From NCBI GenBank assembly GCA_905178155.1, contig CAJINV010000011.1:2528485-2592484 (forward strand): a DNA stretch of 64,000 bases, given 5' to 3'. Below, in pieces: positions 48,478 to 61,800 of the stretch. The translations under genes were made by a program, and so were the position numbers. This stretch comes from Amoebophrya sp. A120 (Eukaryota; Protista; Dinoflagellata). Each line of letters opens with the position of its first letter. The first letter of the stretch is position 1. Under the pieces are notes generated by a model. That model was not told the origin of the DNA. It ran no database searches and was given only the letters and a program-made list of their open reading frames with translations.

Positions 48478-50861
48478 TTACGACCTTTCATACACCACAT
48501 TGTGTCCGGGTAGTCTGTCTACCAAAACCTGCGCGTCTTCGAGACGTGGTCGTGGCTTCGGGGGAAAGGGAGCCACACCGCCGAGCACCTGCGCGCACCA
48601 AAACAGGGTCCGCTTCTTGAATCCCTCCAGCCAGCCGGCACTGTCGCTCGACGTGGTGTCCGAGGAAGATTTTGACTTTTTGCTCTGCAAGTTACGGTAG
48701 GCACTGAGCCCACTGGTCACCTCCGCGGCCCAGGGATGTACGGACGATTTGAAAGTACCGGTCTTTTTGCACCGCGCCCGATGCTTCTCCAGCAGCTTGT
48801 CGACCTGGGTGGAAAGCTTCTCGTTCCCCTCCGCGGTGTATCCTGTGCAAAAGTATCGCACTCGTAGTGATTGCAGTCAATTTTTTTCTGCACCCAAATC
48901 CGGATCCGCATGACAAATCTATATTTCTAACGCTGTAATGCATTTATGCGAGTGCGATACTTTTGCAATGCATACGGTGAGGATCAGCCGTGCCGCCGCT
49001 TCGAAGATCCAGATGTCGCCGACGTTGACCGCCCAGCCCCAGCCGTCCTTCTTCGCGGTGGCTTTCTGAAACGTCTCGATAGCACCTCGAAAATCGTTGT
49101 GCATCATCTGCTTCACGCCGTCGATCCAAAGAAACCGCGCCGATTCGAGGAGCCGCTTCTGGTAGCAGCCTTCGAGGTTCTGCTCCGCAATTTGCCGCAC
49201 GGAGACGCTCCCGAAGGTGAGCGCGTAGCCCAGATAGAGTTCACACTCGAAAAGCGTGTTCTCGAGCAGCTTGTGCACGTTCATGTAAAACCCACCCAGC
49301 TGGGCCCACCTTTTGATAATGATAGTATGGATTCTACTTTTGTTGGTGTTTTGGTTATTTTGATCTTCATCTCGTCTGTATGCTATAGCGGTGATGCAGA
49401 AAAAAATTCTGGTTGGGCATTGCATCAGAAAATTGATGCACCATCACCATCAATTGACCAAGTAGAACGAAAACTTCATGTACCACAATCCATCCTCAAG
49501 CCGTGGATGCTCCTCCAGCAAGTCCCGCAATCTGGCCAGGTGGGCGCACATCAGGTCACAGGTATCCCGCTGGTCCAGCTCCGAGCGTTCCCACCGGTCC
49601 CAGGTTTGGCACAGCTTTTGGTAGATACCCGCCGCGGCGGCAGAGGCTTCTTGCTGTTTCGCCGCAAACTCGTCTGGATCGAATCCGAGCGGCTCGTCGT
49701 TGTCCGTAACGGTGCATCAAATGCAAATGCGTCTGGGTCTGGAAATTTGTGATGCTAGGTGGCGTATCATGAGGGGGCCACAAGTGCTGGCCCAGCATGC
49801 CAAGTTTTTGAGCTTCTAGGTGTTGCCTATTCTGCATGACAAACTGCGCTTCTGCATGAGAGAAGAATGGAGCTCTCTTGGGTACAATGCATGACAGATT
49901 TCAGAGTCATGCCAGACAAGCATGACAAACATACATTCTTCCAGACCCAGACATATTCGCACTTGATACGGTGAAGGTTATTTCCAGCCGGACAAGGCCA
50001 ATCTTTGGATCCTTCCAATCGACCGCACTGACCGCGACAAACTCCACTTTGTACGAAGATTCGCGATGGGGGTCGAAACGAATCTGGGATTATTACAAAA
50101 AGCAAGAAAAATCACAACAAGAACAACCTCGCCACAAGCAGAAACGACAAAGAACTAGTACCTGCTGTAGTGCAGCTCCAATTTTTCAGACGAGACATCA
50201 GCATCAGTACCTTTCCCTTCAGCGACCCATCGTCAGCAAAGCGAACACCCGGCGGCAGTCTGACGAGTGTCGGACGCTGCATAAAACCCGATTTGCTCAA
50301 CAGATCCACTTCCTTCGACGAGCAACACTCAATCTCAGCTCCAACTTTTTTGCTTCCCAGGTCGATCGACCGTCGCGTCACCTTCAGGTCATTCCTCGTG
50401 GCCCCGCGGTAGTGCTCGCTGTAAAGCTCCACACAGGACCAGCTCTGCGGGTGGGGCTGGCAGCAGTGGCACAACCCCGCTCGGTATCCAACGTGGTCAC
50501 TCACAGAAACAGCCGTGCTGCCGAGCTCGTTCTTGGTCGTAATAGTACCAACATCGTTTTTATTGTTCGCCTGCTTCTTGGTCGCAGTCTCGTTCGGGAG
50601 CGCGGCGAGGGCGTCCGCACGATTCGCGATCTTCAAGTCCTCGTCAGTCGGTTTCCGACAACAGTAATCGTCGTCCACCGGCACGTAAATCAATCGGAAT
50701 TCCCCGTCCTCGCCCTCCAGCGCAACCTGGTAGGGTGCTTTCTGCCCCGGCGGCCATGCGTCCTCACGATAGTTCAGGGCAATTACCTTGCCCATCTTCC
50801 ACCCGGACTGGCCCAAGTTGCACAGCACCTGCGTGCCGACATCGAAACGAAAACTGGGCAT
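48478..50861 (-). CDS. Hypothetical protein: N-terminal SH3-like 'RFxVGxxVxC..W..G.V..YRE..W..APYQV' domain, Ig-like segment, helical C-terminus
   Basis: Five exons join in frame through two GT-AG introns and two introners. Confidence 0.75.
48839..48974. mobile_element. Introner family B
   Basis: TSD CGGTG; TATCCTGTGCAAAAGTATCGCACTCG ... CGAGTGCGATACTTTTGCAATGCATA. Confidence 0.92.
49715..49968. mobile_element. Introner family C
   Basis: TSD CGGTG; TIR (C)ATCAAATGCAAATGCGTCTGGGTCTGGAA, first base T>C. Confidence 0.9.
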
Positions 50862-52307
50862 CGAGGACGAAATCTTGACTTTTTCTGTAATACTTACCGC
50901 GAGAAAACTCTTACACCAGTGGCAAGATGAAGATGTTAGGATGCTGTGAAGAAAGCCTTACGCCATGTATCCGAACTAAAGTTGTGTACGAAGAACCACC
51001 ACAGTAGGCGAAGGTCCCAGCGACCCTGAATCAGTAGCTCTACTGAAGGAAAGTTTTCCAAAAACGCGGCCCTATGAGCTAGTCGTACTCCTCTCAATTC
51101 GCACTACAGATTACTCATTGTCTTACGCCGCTGAGAAACATAAATACATTTTGTTGCAGCACAAGAACACGAGCGCTCATGAAATATCATGTGGGAGACA
51201 GCTCCCCTTGGCACACTTTTTCATTTTTTTTTCGCTTTCAACTTCGTTCTAGTGCATGAAAAGGTCAACAACCCTATGAAAGATTTGCGCAAAGTGAGCT
51301 GCGTGCGTGATTTATATGACAGATTGGTGCGTGGTAAACAACAGCTTTCCTAAAAATGCCGATCGGTTCATTTTCAACAAATCTCTGTCCTCATCGCTAG
51401 CTCTACACATCTCTAGCACAGAAAGTTTCGTTTTCATTTCGTCGTGCGCATGCAGGAGTGCGGATCATGATTATGACCTATTCCTCTCCCCCTTCCAGCT
51501 TTTTTGCTCAGCAACGACATACGCCAAGCGGAAACTAACCCGGCGCTCGAAGTAGAGATCGTTCTAGGGAAAGCAGACATAGGAAAGTCTAGTCCTGGTG
51601 TGGTATTCGCACAACATGTGAGTTCTGAAGTGTAGAAAGGAAAAAGCATTTTTCATATACAGCAAGCATCGCCCGCGTTTGTTGCTGGATTTAGATGCAA
51701 AAAATGATAGCACTATTTTAGTAGATAGTTCTCGCGCTGGGGAGAGGCGTTGAGAGCACCAATTGCAGGACACAGCGACATGCACTACAGAAGAGTGACT
51801 TCTCGCGGCACCCGCCCATACTGAAAAGTTGCAATAAACTTGAGAAACTGCGTTCTCATACTGATAGAAGATTATAGGTACACTTTAGTCGATTACACCG
51901 AGTAAATTTGTTCTTGAATTTCAGTACATTGGACATTCATACAGTTACACCCACATCTACACTCGCTTCTGCTCGAGCATTGCGTGTACTTCTCTGGACC
52001 CCATTATCATGTGGCTCGGAACTGTTGCGTCGCTGGAGCGCATCCCCATCGGATTCAGTAGTAGGCCACATACTCTCCGCATGGTCCCCCCGCCAACAAA
52101 AAAGGTGTGATCGACGAATGGCCCACGAGCATGTAGATATAGCTACGGCGAATTGCAACAGGAATTTTTCGATCCTACCGCTTGCAATTCATGTTCGTAA
52201 CACCATGCGAGATTGCGTTGCTCGTCTTCGTTGCGTGATGTGAAGATGTCGATGTTTTTTTCCGGTTCTGTCTAATCTCGTTTTGATACTCTGATGCTTC
52301 GTCGAAC

Positions 52308-53457
52308 TTAAGCGGACAGCTCCTTGAAGGCAACAACCTTTTCCTTGTCCATGGACTGAAGGACGGTGACCAGCAGGGACTTACCTGTATTGCGTTTAGG
52401 ATTTAGGGATAAATAACTAGAACTTGCTATTTTCATTTTGCAGATACACGTTACAGTTTCTCTCACCAAGAGTTATATGTGTATTTCTGCACAAGTGCAT
52501 GAGCACCTTCACATTCGCTCCTCAACTGCTCACATTTTTTCTCGTCTACACTCCTACACAATCTCGACCTCCAAAGGTTCTTTTTCCGGGGAAGATCCTC
52601 TTCATCTATCAATAGACAAGAAAAAAAAAATACCGTCGTCAAAGGCGGTCAGCAGATCGTTGGCAACATCCTCCAGGTTTCCGGTGGTATCGACCGGCAA
52701 GTTCAGATCATCCTTGGTATCACCGTTGTCCAGCAACACGGAGATGGAGCCGGCGTCACGGTCAATGTCCAGCAGCTGGAACTCCGTGCGCTGCACGTTC
52801 GGGACGTCCATGTTGTGCGTGGACGGGCACAAATCCTCGTACTTCTTGTTGGTGAAAATGTCGGTACCTGATTTTGCGTAGGATAAATTGCATTGCAGTT
52901 ATTTTTTTTTGCAAAGAGGGGCGGATTTTGGCCCTGTATAGACGGGCTGACCAGGCTACGGAATCGGTATTGGTATTGGCCCTCCAGCGTGACAAATTGA
53001 GTTTGTAATATATGCGCGGATTTTTGAGTGCACAAAACTGCAATTAAGACCGAAGAATCCGATACCGATACGTACTTAAAAACATAAACAAGTCTCTGTA
53101 CCAACGATGTGGCACTTGGCGTGGCCGTGCTTTCCGGTCTTGGAGACGGAGATCTCGACGATCTTGCCTGTTTTGTGTGTGTTTTCAAATTTTTTGGGGA
53201 CAAGAACTTCATCACTTTCGCGGCAGCGATGAAACAGGAGGTGCAATAGTAGATCTAGTTCCGTACTAGTAGAAAACTAACATCGAAGTCGATCAGTAGG
53301 TGATCTATCATCGCTTCTAAAACTTGAAATTCATCCACTTACACGGGTTTCCCTTGAGCATGCAGTGTCCGTTCTTGCGGAGGGAACCAGCCTCGGCCGG
53401 GTAGGTCAGGGAGGAACCGGCGTTACCGGTCTCGAAGGTGTAATCTTCATCAGACAT
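52308..53457 (-). CDS. eIF5A: Translation factor eIF5A, 4 exons, GT-AG introns
   Basis: Hypusination motif [10 protein letters not shown]; [15 protein letters not shown]; [21 protein letters not shown]. Confidence 0.97.
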
Positions 53458-54169
53458 TTTGAAAAGAGGGGGGAAAAGGTCAACAAAAACCTTTTTCAAC
53501 TAAAGCACTAGAGGCTAGTAGAAGACGGACGCGGCAGAAAACTGCGACACTCGTTTGGTTATTGACCTGAGGTTTTGTAAAGAGAAAGCGGAAATTGTGT
53601 CGTGAGATCATTTTCATGAGTAGGTTCGTGCAATCGGATTTGGAACGGAATTTCAAGACATTGATGGAAATAATTCGGTCAACCACGTTCAAGGATTGCA
53701 GATCTTTTGGTAGATTTTTCGTTACCCTTATATCTTTTCGATGGCTTTCACTGAGATCTCCTTGATGCGCTTGGCATTTGGATCGCACGCGGATCTTCGT
53801 CAACTTTTTGAATTTTGGACTCTATGATCTTGGTCTCTCTGTCTTGAAAGCAAATTTTGGATCTTTTGTAGATTTCGACTTCACACATTTAGATAGCAGC
53901 ACCGCTTCGTAAATTAAAATCAATCTGGTCGTGTAGAGCGAAAACGATTAATACCGCGTGCTATGAGAGTAGCACTTATGATGATCCTCTGTGGACAGCA
54001 ACCATATACATGGAGCATGAGGAGAACTCGATTCAAGAAGAAAAAAAAAAAGGCACAAAGAATGGCGCTTCTTGTGCTGACTGTCTGCTTTCATTGTCAT
54101 GCTCTCGAAAGCTCCGCGCTTGCGCTTCTAGTTCTACATCTTTTTCTTCTACTTCACCATCAAAGTCCT

Positions 54170-55126
54170 TTAAGACTTGATAACCTCCGTCAGACTGTAC
54201 TTCTGTAAAATTTTGTTTGCGCTCTTCCGTCGTCCGCACGCAACTTTTCGTCGTTCCTTCACACCAGAAGCGGCATCCAGCATGAATTCATGTGACAGTG
54301 GTTTCAAAGCAGATACTGAAGTAGATGCTGCTGAAAATAAACCTGCACCGCTCCCTCTCCCAGACAGCGTGGCATCTTCACCCGGCGCAAGAACTTCTCT
54401 CTCCCTTCCCGCACAAGAACTACTTCTTGCCGCCAGCACACCATCGTCTGAATGCATGGTGCTCAACAGCGTCATATCCGCACTCTTGCCGATCACGTGG
54501 GCCCGAATAATGTCGCCCACGCGGAAATAGGAACTGATCTCCAGCTCGTCAACTTTAAAGGCGCGCATGTCCGTCTTCCGCAAAGTCGCCAGCCGGGTGC
54601 TGGTTGTGCTACCTAGGAGAGTCACTTCAGGGAGGTTGGCTGTTTCCGCGGCTTCGTCCGCGTCATGGTTTACGAGGACTTGGACTTGGTCCGCAGTTCT
54701 TTCACTTTCAGCACACTTGACCTTGTCCTCATGTGCTCTCGAAGTTGTGTTGTTCTCTTTCGCCAACACATGGATCATAATCCGGTCGTTCTGTAGCTGG
54801 TGCACCCGCCCGTAGACACAGTCGCCCACGTCGATGGCCGTCGGGTCGCGCCTGGTTTCGAGAATGGAGGACTGGTGCCAGTTTTTTATTTCCGTCGAGG
54901 TACTTTCATCCCTTTCCCTCCTTCCGTCCATCACCACCGTGCAGATTCGCGTCACTCTTCGCAATCCGGTCGCTGTGTCGAGCGCGACAGCGTCGTGTGG
55001 GAGTGATACATCCGCTGGAACATGGTCTCCTGGCGTAAAGATCTGGACGCGTGTAGTGGAGGATGACGAGCTAGTAGAAGCCGCCGTGCCAGTGATAGGT
55101 GTTGGGGCAGAAGTAGTGGTCGTCAT
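54170..55126 (-). CDS. CSL4: Exosome complex component Csl4 / EXOSC1
   Basis: VGDCVYGRV; LRKTDMRAFKVDELEISSYFRVGDIIRAHVI; LLST..DGVLAARS; GVKERRKVA. Confidence 0.85.
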   Translation of the reverse strand: MTTTTSAPTPITGTAASTSSSSSTTRVQIFTPGDHVPADVSLPHDAVALDTATGLRRVTRICTVVMDGRRERDESTSTEIKNWHQSSILETRRDPTAIDVGDCVYGRVHQLQNDRIMIHVLAKENNTTSRAHEDKVKCAESERTADQVQVLVNHDADEAAETANLPEVTLLGSTTSTRLATLRKTDMRAFKVDELEISSYFRVGDIIRAHVIGKSADMTLLSTMHSDDGVLAARSSSCAGREREVLAPGEDATLSGRGSGAGLFSAASTSVSALKPLSHEFMLDAASGVKERRKVACGRRKSANKILQKYSLTEVIKS

Positions 55127-56112
55127 TTTTCTCTCTCCGAAATTTAGTCCTCCTGAATGACGTGCAGTACTCACAGGCAAGCGAGGACGCAGGAATAAAA
55201 TGGCGAGTTGTAGTAACTGCGAGTTTGTAATTGTATGGAACTTGACTTAGTAGTACAGAGACAAAACGCAAGTACTACTGCTGGGCGACATTGGACGACA
55301 AGGACACGAAATATATCACTTTCATTGGGCTTGCTTTGCACTTCATACTCTCACGATCAGGCAGATGATCGACTTGAATTTTACTGGAACGGCATATTGC
55401 GGGTGGATCACGTATTTAACATCGCTCCGAGCTGCCCGGCCAGCAACTTGATCTTTTACTGCGATTTTAGCAAGAAGGGCTGGCTCTTTTGCTATTTTGA
55501 AAGATCTCGCCTACCGAACGCGGAAACCGGGATGCAGCGTTTCGTATACAATTTCAGCTACTGAATGTCGAACAGAACTACTGCCAACTGCAAGAACAGA
55601 GCGCCATCTAGATGAAGTCATCACGATTGCTCTGGAAGATTTCGCAATTGGATTTTCGCCTGAATGTGTAAAACTGTGAAGAAGAATTTAAAAAGAAGAA
55701 CTTGTGATCATGTCGCTAGATGTCCACGTTGTGCATTGATTCTCGTTTTCGTGTACTGACAGGTGTTGTCGTTCCAGCTCTTTGAGGAGAGCTATAAGTA
55801 ACTGTATCTAAAAAGTCTTGATTTTCGTCTTTTCAAATCAATCTTTAAACTGTACGGGAGATGGTTCTGTGATCTCAGTCGCTTGGGGGGGTGAACTTTT
55901 TACGTGTGGTCTTCCTTTATAGGTAAACTTGGGTGAAATCAAACTAAAGGCTTCGTGAAATTCAGGCGGTCGGGCAGCCACAATATCGTGAAGTGCTGGT
56001 AGAAGACGAGACACGTACGATTGATGCAAAACCGCTCGCGAGGTCGTTAAAACTTCTATCGGTGACATTGATTCTTGTTGTTCTCCTTGTTTTACTTCAA
56101 ACCGCTCTCGTC

Positions 56113-58034
56113 CTAGTACGTCCCCAGCTTCACCGCCTCGCTCTTCAATTTCTGCGCTTCCAGACGGTCAATTGTGTCCTGATCGTCCGCAATGTTGGCG
56201 ATCTTCCAGTCCAGCACGGCGTCCGCCAGGCCCTTCGTCAATTTGTTCGTCCCAGACCCGAACACCGCGGACTGCAGGCCGAGAATGGTCTTGGCCACCT
56301 GTCGGCCCGAGAAGCCCTCCATTCGGCGCGCCATCTCCTGCATGTATTCCTCCGACTTCACCGCGTCTTCTACCTCAATCTGCTGACTGGTTTTCGTCGG
56401 CGCCAAGATGTGCTGGTTGAAAAACATCTTTACCATCTCCAGGCGCTGCGGGTAGTCGGGCAACGGGAACAGAAAGCTTTCGTCCACCCGATCCATCACC
56501 GCCCGGTCCAGGACGTCCTTCACGTTCGTCGCCAGCACCACCGCAAATTTGTCCGTTTCGGTGCCCGTGTGCGCTAAAAACGTCGACAAGACGTTGCGCG
56601 CGTGTTCGGACATGCCCTCGGTGGACTGGCGTCCCTTGCGCAAAAACGCGTCCGCTTCGTCGATGAAAAGAATCATGCCCTGCTTGGACTTGTTCGCCCA
56701 CTGAAAAAGTTTGTTCACCTCCTCCACCGCGTCTTTTCCCAAAGGTCCGATGTCACCACCCGACATGATGGCGTAGTCCAGACCCGACTGCTTCGCCAGG
56801 GTGCGGGCGAACAGAGTTTTACCTGATAGATCATGATCGCAGGACGAGGATCTTGCGTTTCTAGTACAAGAAACTAACCCTTCGAGTCAAATTGAAATTT
56901 TGATGCGTAAAAATTACTGTTCAATGTTCTTGGGCATGCACAACGCATTTAAGCTAGATCTATCCTCCAGCAGGCACACATGTACCATGATGAATTTCGT
57001 CGTCGTACAATCAATGCTAATATACCGGTTCCCGGCGGTCCGTGCAGCAGCATGTGGCGGAAGGGGGTTCCGTTCTTTTTCGCGTTCACGAGAGAATTCG
57101 TCATCCAGGTCAGCCTCTCCGACAAATCTTCCTCCAAAACTACCTTGTCCAACAACTTCTGGTTGTTCGCCCCGCCGCCGAAACGCGCGAGCGGCAACAG
57201 TCCCTGCTTCCAGGTCCACCGACTGGTGTCACGGACCAGGGAGGGTTTTCCCATGTTTTTCTCCACGATGTTCGCCGTCACCCGCGTGGCGTTTCGCGCC
57301 GCGTAGACACCGAGTGCTAAAGCAGACAAGCCCGCGACAAGTGTCGTAATTTTCTGTTTGTCCGATAATAAACCGGAAAACCCGGTAAAGTACCGTTCGA
57401 TCGCCTCCAACCGGGTGGTTCTCTCCTCGCCCGCTTGCGCCCGCATCTCCCGGATGCGCACGTCGATGTTCTCGCGCTCCGTTTTGGCCCGCGCGTCGTT
57501 CTCGGCCTTGGCCTTCATCATCATGGTTTCGCGGTCTAACTTCGCCTGCTCCGCCATACTGCGCAAACGCATGTCCTCCAGTTCCTGGTCGTTTTTTTTG
57601 CGGATCTCCTCCTGTCGGAGAAAATTCTGGTGCTGCTGGGCCAGCCACTGCTCGTTCTGTTTCTGCTGGTCCTCGAGTTTGTGTTGATACAACTCGCTTT
57701 CCAGCTGCGTTTTGTACTGCGCAGTCCGCCTCTCCTGATCTTCCTGCGCCGCCATGGTTTTGCGCCTTTCCTCCCCCTCCTTTTCCGCGCGGCGCATGCT
57801 CATCTCCGCCTGCTGGGCGCGCATGCGCTCCACCTCGAGCCCCATCTCCTTTTGTTTGGTCTGCTCCTGGAGTTTGGTCAATTCAAACGCCTTTGCGGCG
57901 TTCCCGGACGCGTCCATCTCCTTGAGCGCTTTCGCGCCGCGTTCCAGGGCGGAGGGGTCAAAGCTGCCGGAGATCTTCTCCGCCTTCTCCTTTGCGGCGG
58001 CCGACATGGCCTGCTGGGCGTGGCTGAAGTTCAT
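56113..58034 (-). CDS. ATAD3: ATPase family AAA domain-containing protein 3 (mitochondrial)
   Basis: FDPSALERGAKAL; KPSLVRDTSR; Walker A GPPGT|GKT split by a GT-AG intron; FIDEADAFLRK. Confidence 0.95.
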
Positions 58035-58847
58035 TTTCGAAAGTGTTAGTCTTCGTGGGGCAGAGTGAGCTGTATCCTATGAAGAGGAAAAATTTACCGA
58101 CACTTTATTGCGAGGGATAATAAGAGGAGTAAAACAAGAGATAGTCGCACGTCGTGTACTAGAAATCGTATGCAGCAGGAGGTGCTGAGTCCTAGTAATT
58201 GTTGTAAATCTGAATCAAACTTCTAGTCCACCTCTTCTAGACCGTCAAACTATTGTTGTTCGTTCAAGCTTCAACAAGGCTTGTCAGGATGTCAGACACT
58301 TGCGCTTGGGCTTCCAGCCACAGCTTGCTTGTTTTTCATCATTCTTCGTCATACATTGTTGTTTTGTGTCAGCCTGAGCAAAAAAACAGTAGAAGATCGA
58401 TCTTTCGTGCCTCATGCAAGGGGAAGCAGGTACTGCAGATATGAAAATTAAAAAAAAAAAGTGCTTATGATCATTGCATCAGGTTTTTTTCCAATCTGCT
58501 TGCACATGCACCTAGCATAGCTGCGCAATAAAATACGGAGCCTTAAAAATACCATGAGAATTGCGCACGCATTGATCCTATCTCTATTTTGTATTGTTGT
58601 TCTCACAAGCTCGCACTTCAGAATCGGACGCAGCTACCGGGATCTTTCGCACTAGCTAAAACACACGAAAACTTTTTTGTTTGACGGTTACTGAGTGTAG
58701 TCCGTGAAAGAGCGGAACCTTCATCCGCAGGTTCACTTCGTTTGCGATTTTCGCTTTCACAGCAGTTGCAAAAAAGAGGCGCCTGCTCGTTTACGTTAAC
58801 GCCTTCCTCTTCAAGGTAAATACAATATACGATTCAACTTTTTATCA

Positions 58848-61800
58848 TCAGAATGGCCGAAGCCCGTTCGTCGCGCCAGCAGAACAACCACCACCTGGTG
58901 ACGACATTGCTTGGTCTGTATCCTGCGATTCCTTTACGCCCGACAGAATCGCGTCATACAATTCTCTAAACTTCTTCGGGTCATTCCAGCAGGGGTCTTC
59001 CCATACGCGCGGGTCGACTGCTGGCCCTGAGTCCTCTTTGCCGTTTTGCCACAACCGCATGTAGACGAAGGTGCCCGCGGCGATCAAGATGATGCTGAAA
59101 ATCTCTCCGTCGTACTCGTACGCGTACCAAGCAAGCCAAGAGTGGTTCTTGTCGAAAAGCCAAACGAAGTTGCGGAACGGAGGCTGGTTGTCGAAAACAA
59201 TCTCGGACAGCGTGCTTAGCAAGTCGTCTGTCGCGGCTGGTGCTGCTGCTGCGTCAAGTTGTAAAACAGCCTCGCTTCGTGCAGGTAGTGTATTCTCGGT
59301 TCCTTCATCGCTTGCGCCGCCAGCGGCGAGAGTTGCCCTTGAGCTGATGTTGCTTATTTGTTCCACGAACGTGTCATCATCTCCTGGGGCTTCATTTTTT
59401 TCGTTGTCAATTTTAAATTCCTCCTTCGCTTGCAAAATTGCCTGCGCCTTCTCCTGAAGCGCATTCAGGTCGACTTGCCAAAATTCCCATGACCAAGCAG
59501 CTGAACGCTGATTCAGGTACGGGATGGCCACTCGGTAGGTGTGCGAAGATAAAGTGGCGGAGTCTTGTCCTGCTCCTTTTCTACTTCCTTCACCAGCAGA
59601 CGCAATATCGGCAAACAAAGACCAGATTTGTAGCCCGTTGTGAGCTCCCGCCCCCCTCGTCTTGTGCTTGTCGTTCTTGTCGCGCAGCTTCAGGATTGCA
59701 GGCTGCGCCGCTACCAAACCTCCCGGCAGCCAGCTGGCGAAGGGAACAATGAGCTCCGCTCCGTGCAGTTTCCAGGCGGCGGCCGTGGAAACGAAGAGCA
59801 GTCGCCAGCACGGGTTCTGTTCTTCATCACTTTCCGCCGCGGTTTGCTCGATTGCAGCTCTAGCCACGACACCGAATGACGTTTCGTCAAGGTTGATGAT
59901 CTCTACTACAACAGTGGGTGAAGTTCTTCTCGCCAGACTAGAAGTGGATTTCCGGCAGAGGCGAGAAAATGCTGTTTTTTCACCGATGACATTTGCTGCG
60001 TCGTGAGCTGCTGCTCTTGCTGCGCTTGGTACCACACTCTCTTGTCTTTCAGCAAACATGTCTAGAGAAGCTGTCACGCGCAGCTGTGGAAACCCGTCCG
60101 TCGTCGTCACCCGGATACTGCAGGTCGCAATGGTGCCATTCCCCAGAATATGAATTGCAAAAGTATAGTATCGTACTCGTATACATGCATTACAAATTTT
60201 CTCAGCATGAAAAACAAAATTTGTAATGCGGATTTACCTTAAGAGCAAGATTTGTAATGCATGTTTGCGATTACTACGAGTGCGATACTTTTGCACAGGA
60301 TACAGAACCGCAACGTAGCGGTCGCGCACGCCGAGGTGTATCAAATGCAAAAGTGTCTGAGTCTGGAAGATTTCAAACTTGTCATGCTGTCTCTGGATTC
60401 TAAAAAAATTTGTATTGCATGACCAGCAAAAGGACTCCAGTTTGTGCTACGTGAAGAGGGCATTTCTCATGCGGTAGAGACATCGCAAAGTCCTCTGAAA
60501 ATCTATGATGCTAGGGCATGCATCACAGACATCATGGGTCATTCAAAATATGCATGACAAACCTGGCAATCTTCCGGACCCAGACATTTTTACATTTGAT
60601 AAGGTGGTGGAATTTCAAAACCGGCACACCGAAGTCATACAGGGGGCCAACTGCGATTTTCTCGACGTCCTGCGTTTGCGAGGAGTCCTTGCCGGAGATG
60701 TTGAAAGTAGGTGACTCCTCAGCATTAGTGTCGTGTAGTCCCTTAGCTTCCTCATCTTCAACCAGCACTGCAGCCCACTCCGTGTTGGCAACCACTAGCT
60801 GAGTTCCGGTCGTGAAGAGCTGCCCGTAGGAGCGCGACGGGTGGGGCACAACCGTATAGCTGCGTTGGAGGTTTTTGTCGTGTCTGGCGTCTATGGTGGA
60901 AGTGGACGTCGCGGATCTGGCTTTGCTGTTAACCTGCTTCTTTCTCCGTTCCTTTGCGTGGTCCAATGGCAATGCTGCTTCGGAGGCGAAGTTGATCTCT
61001 TCCCAGTAAGAAGCAATCAATCGCTTTGTACTCCCATCATTCACCGTCCGCGACGGAACTTCAACTTCACCGCCTGGAGGATTCGCATAGTAGCTCCTGT
61101 AGTGAATAGCGAACTCCGCTGCGTGCGTCAGGTTGGAAAGGATAAGAACAAATGCTGGGAGTTGTTCTTGAGGTTCTGACCGGTTGAAGACGCCCTCCTC
61201 CGGAGGAACTTCGTCCATGTTGAAGAGGGCGAAACTGGGCAAAGAGCCCAGACGGTGGTCCACCTCGGAGATTCCTCGACGCGCGCTCCTACTCTCAACC
61301 ACGTCGCCAGAAACCACGGAAAACGCGGTCGAGCCCCAAAGCGAATTTCCGCGAAAGACACAAAGCTGGAAACTTCGAGACGGCGGCGCATTTTTCTCCG
61401 AGTTGTCGTTCCGGTTTTCCGTATTTGAAAATGACTGTTCTTCCGCGAGAATCACCCGCGTGCTCATTTTCTGGTCCCAGGCAAACTGGTGCCACGTCGT
61501 GTTTTCCCCGCAAGGCGAGAAATCCGGCTGTGCTTCCAGCACGTGCTTCTCTCGAACAGACTCCAGCATCTGGGGTCCGATGACATTTTTGCGGTCGTTT
61601 TCCAAGAAAACAACACACGAGCCGCCCGTCGCTCCGGTCGCCATGGCGGTGCGCCGCCCGATCTGCCATAATTTGGACGGGTAGTGCAGAATTTGCATGC
61701 AGTAATTGCCATCGGGGACGGATGCAAGGGGGAGGTGCCGCAAAATCTTCCTCGCACTGTTTTCATGTTCTCCGTTCGTGTCGGTGTTCTGGTCGTCGAA

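Noticed and set aside
48946-50930. Long plus-strand ORFs (268 and 319 aa)
   Set aside because: Antisense shadows of the minus-strand gene.
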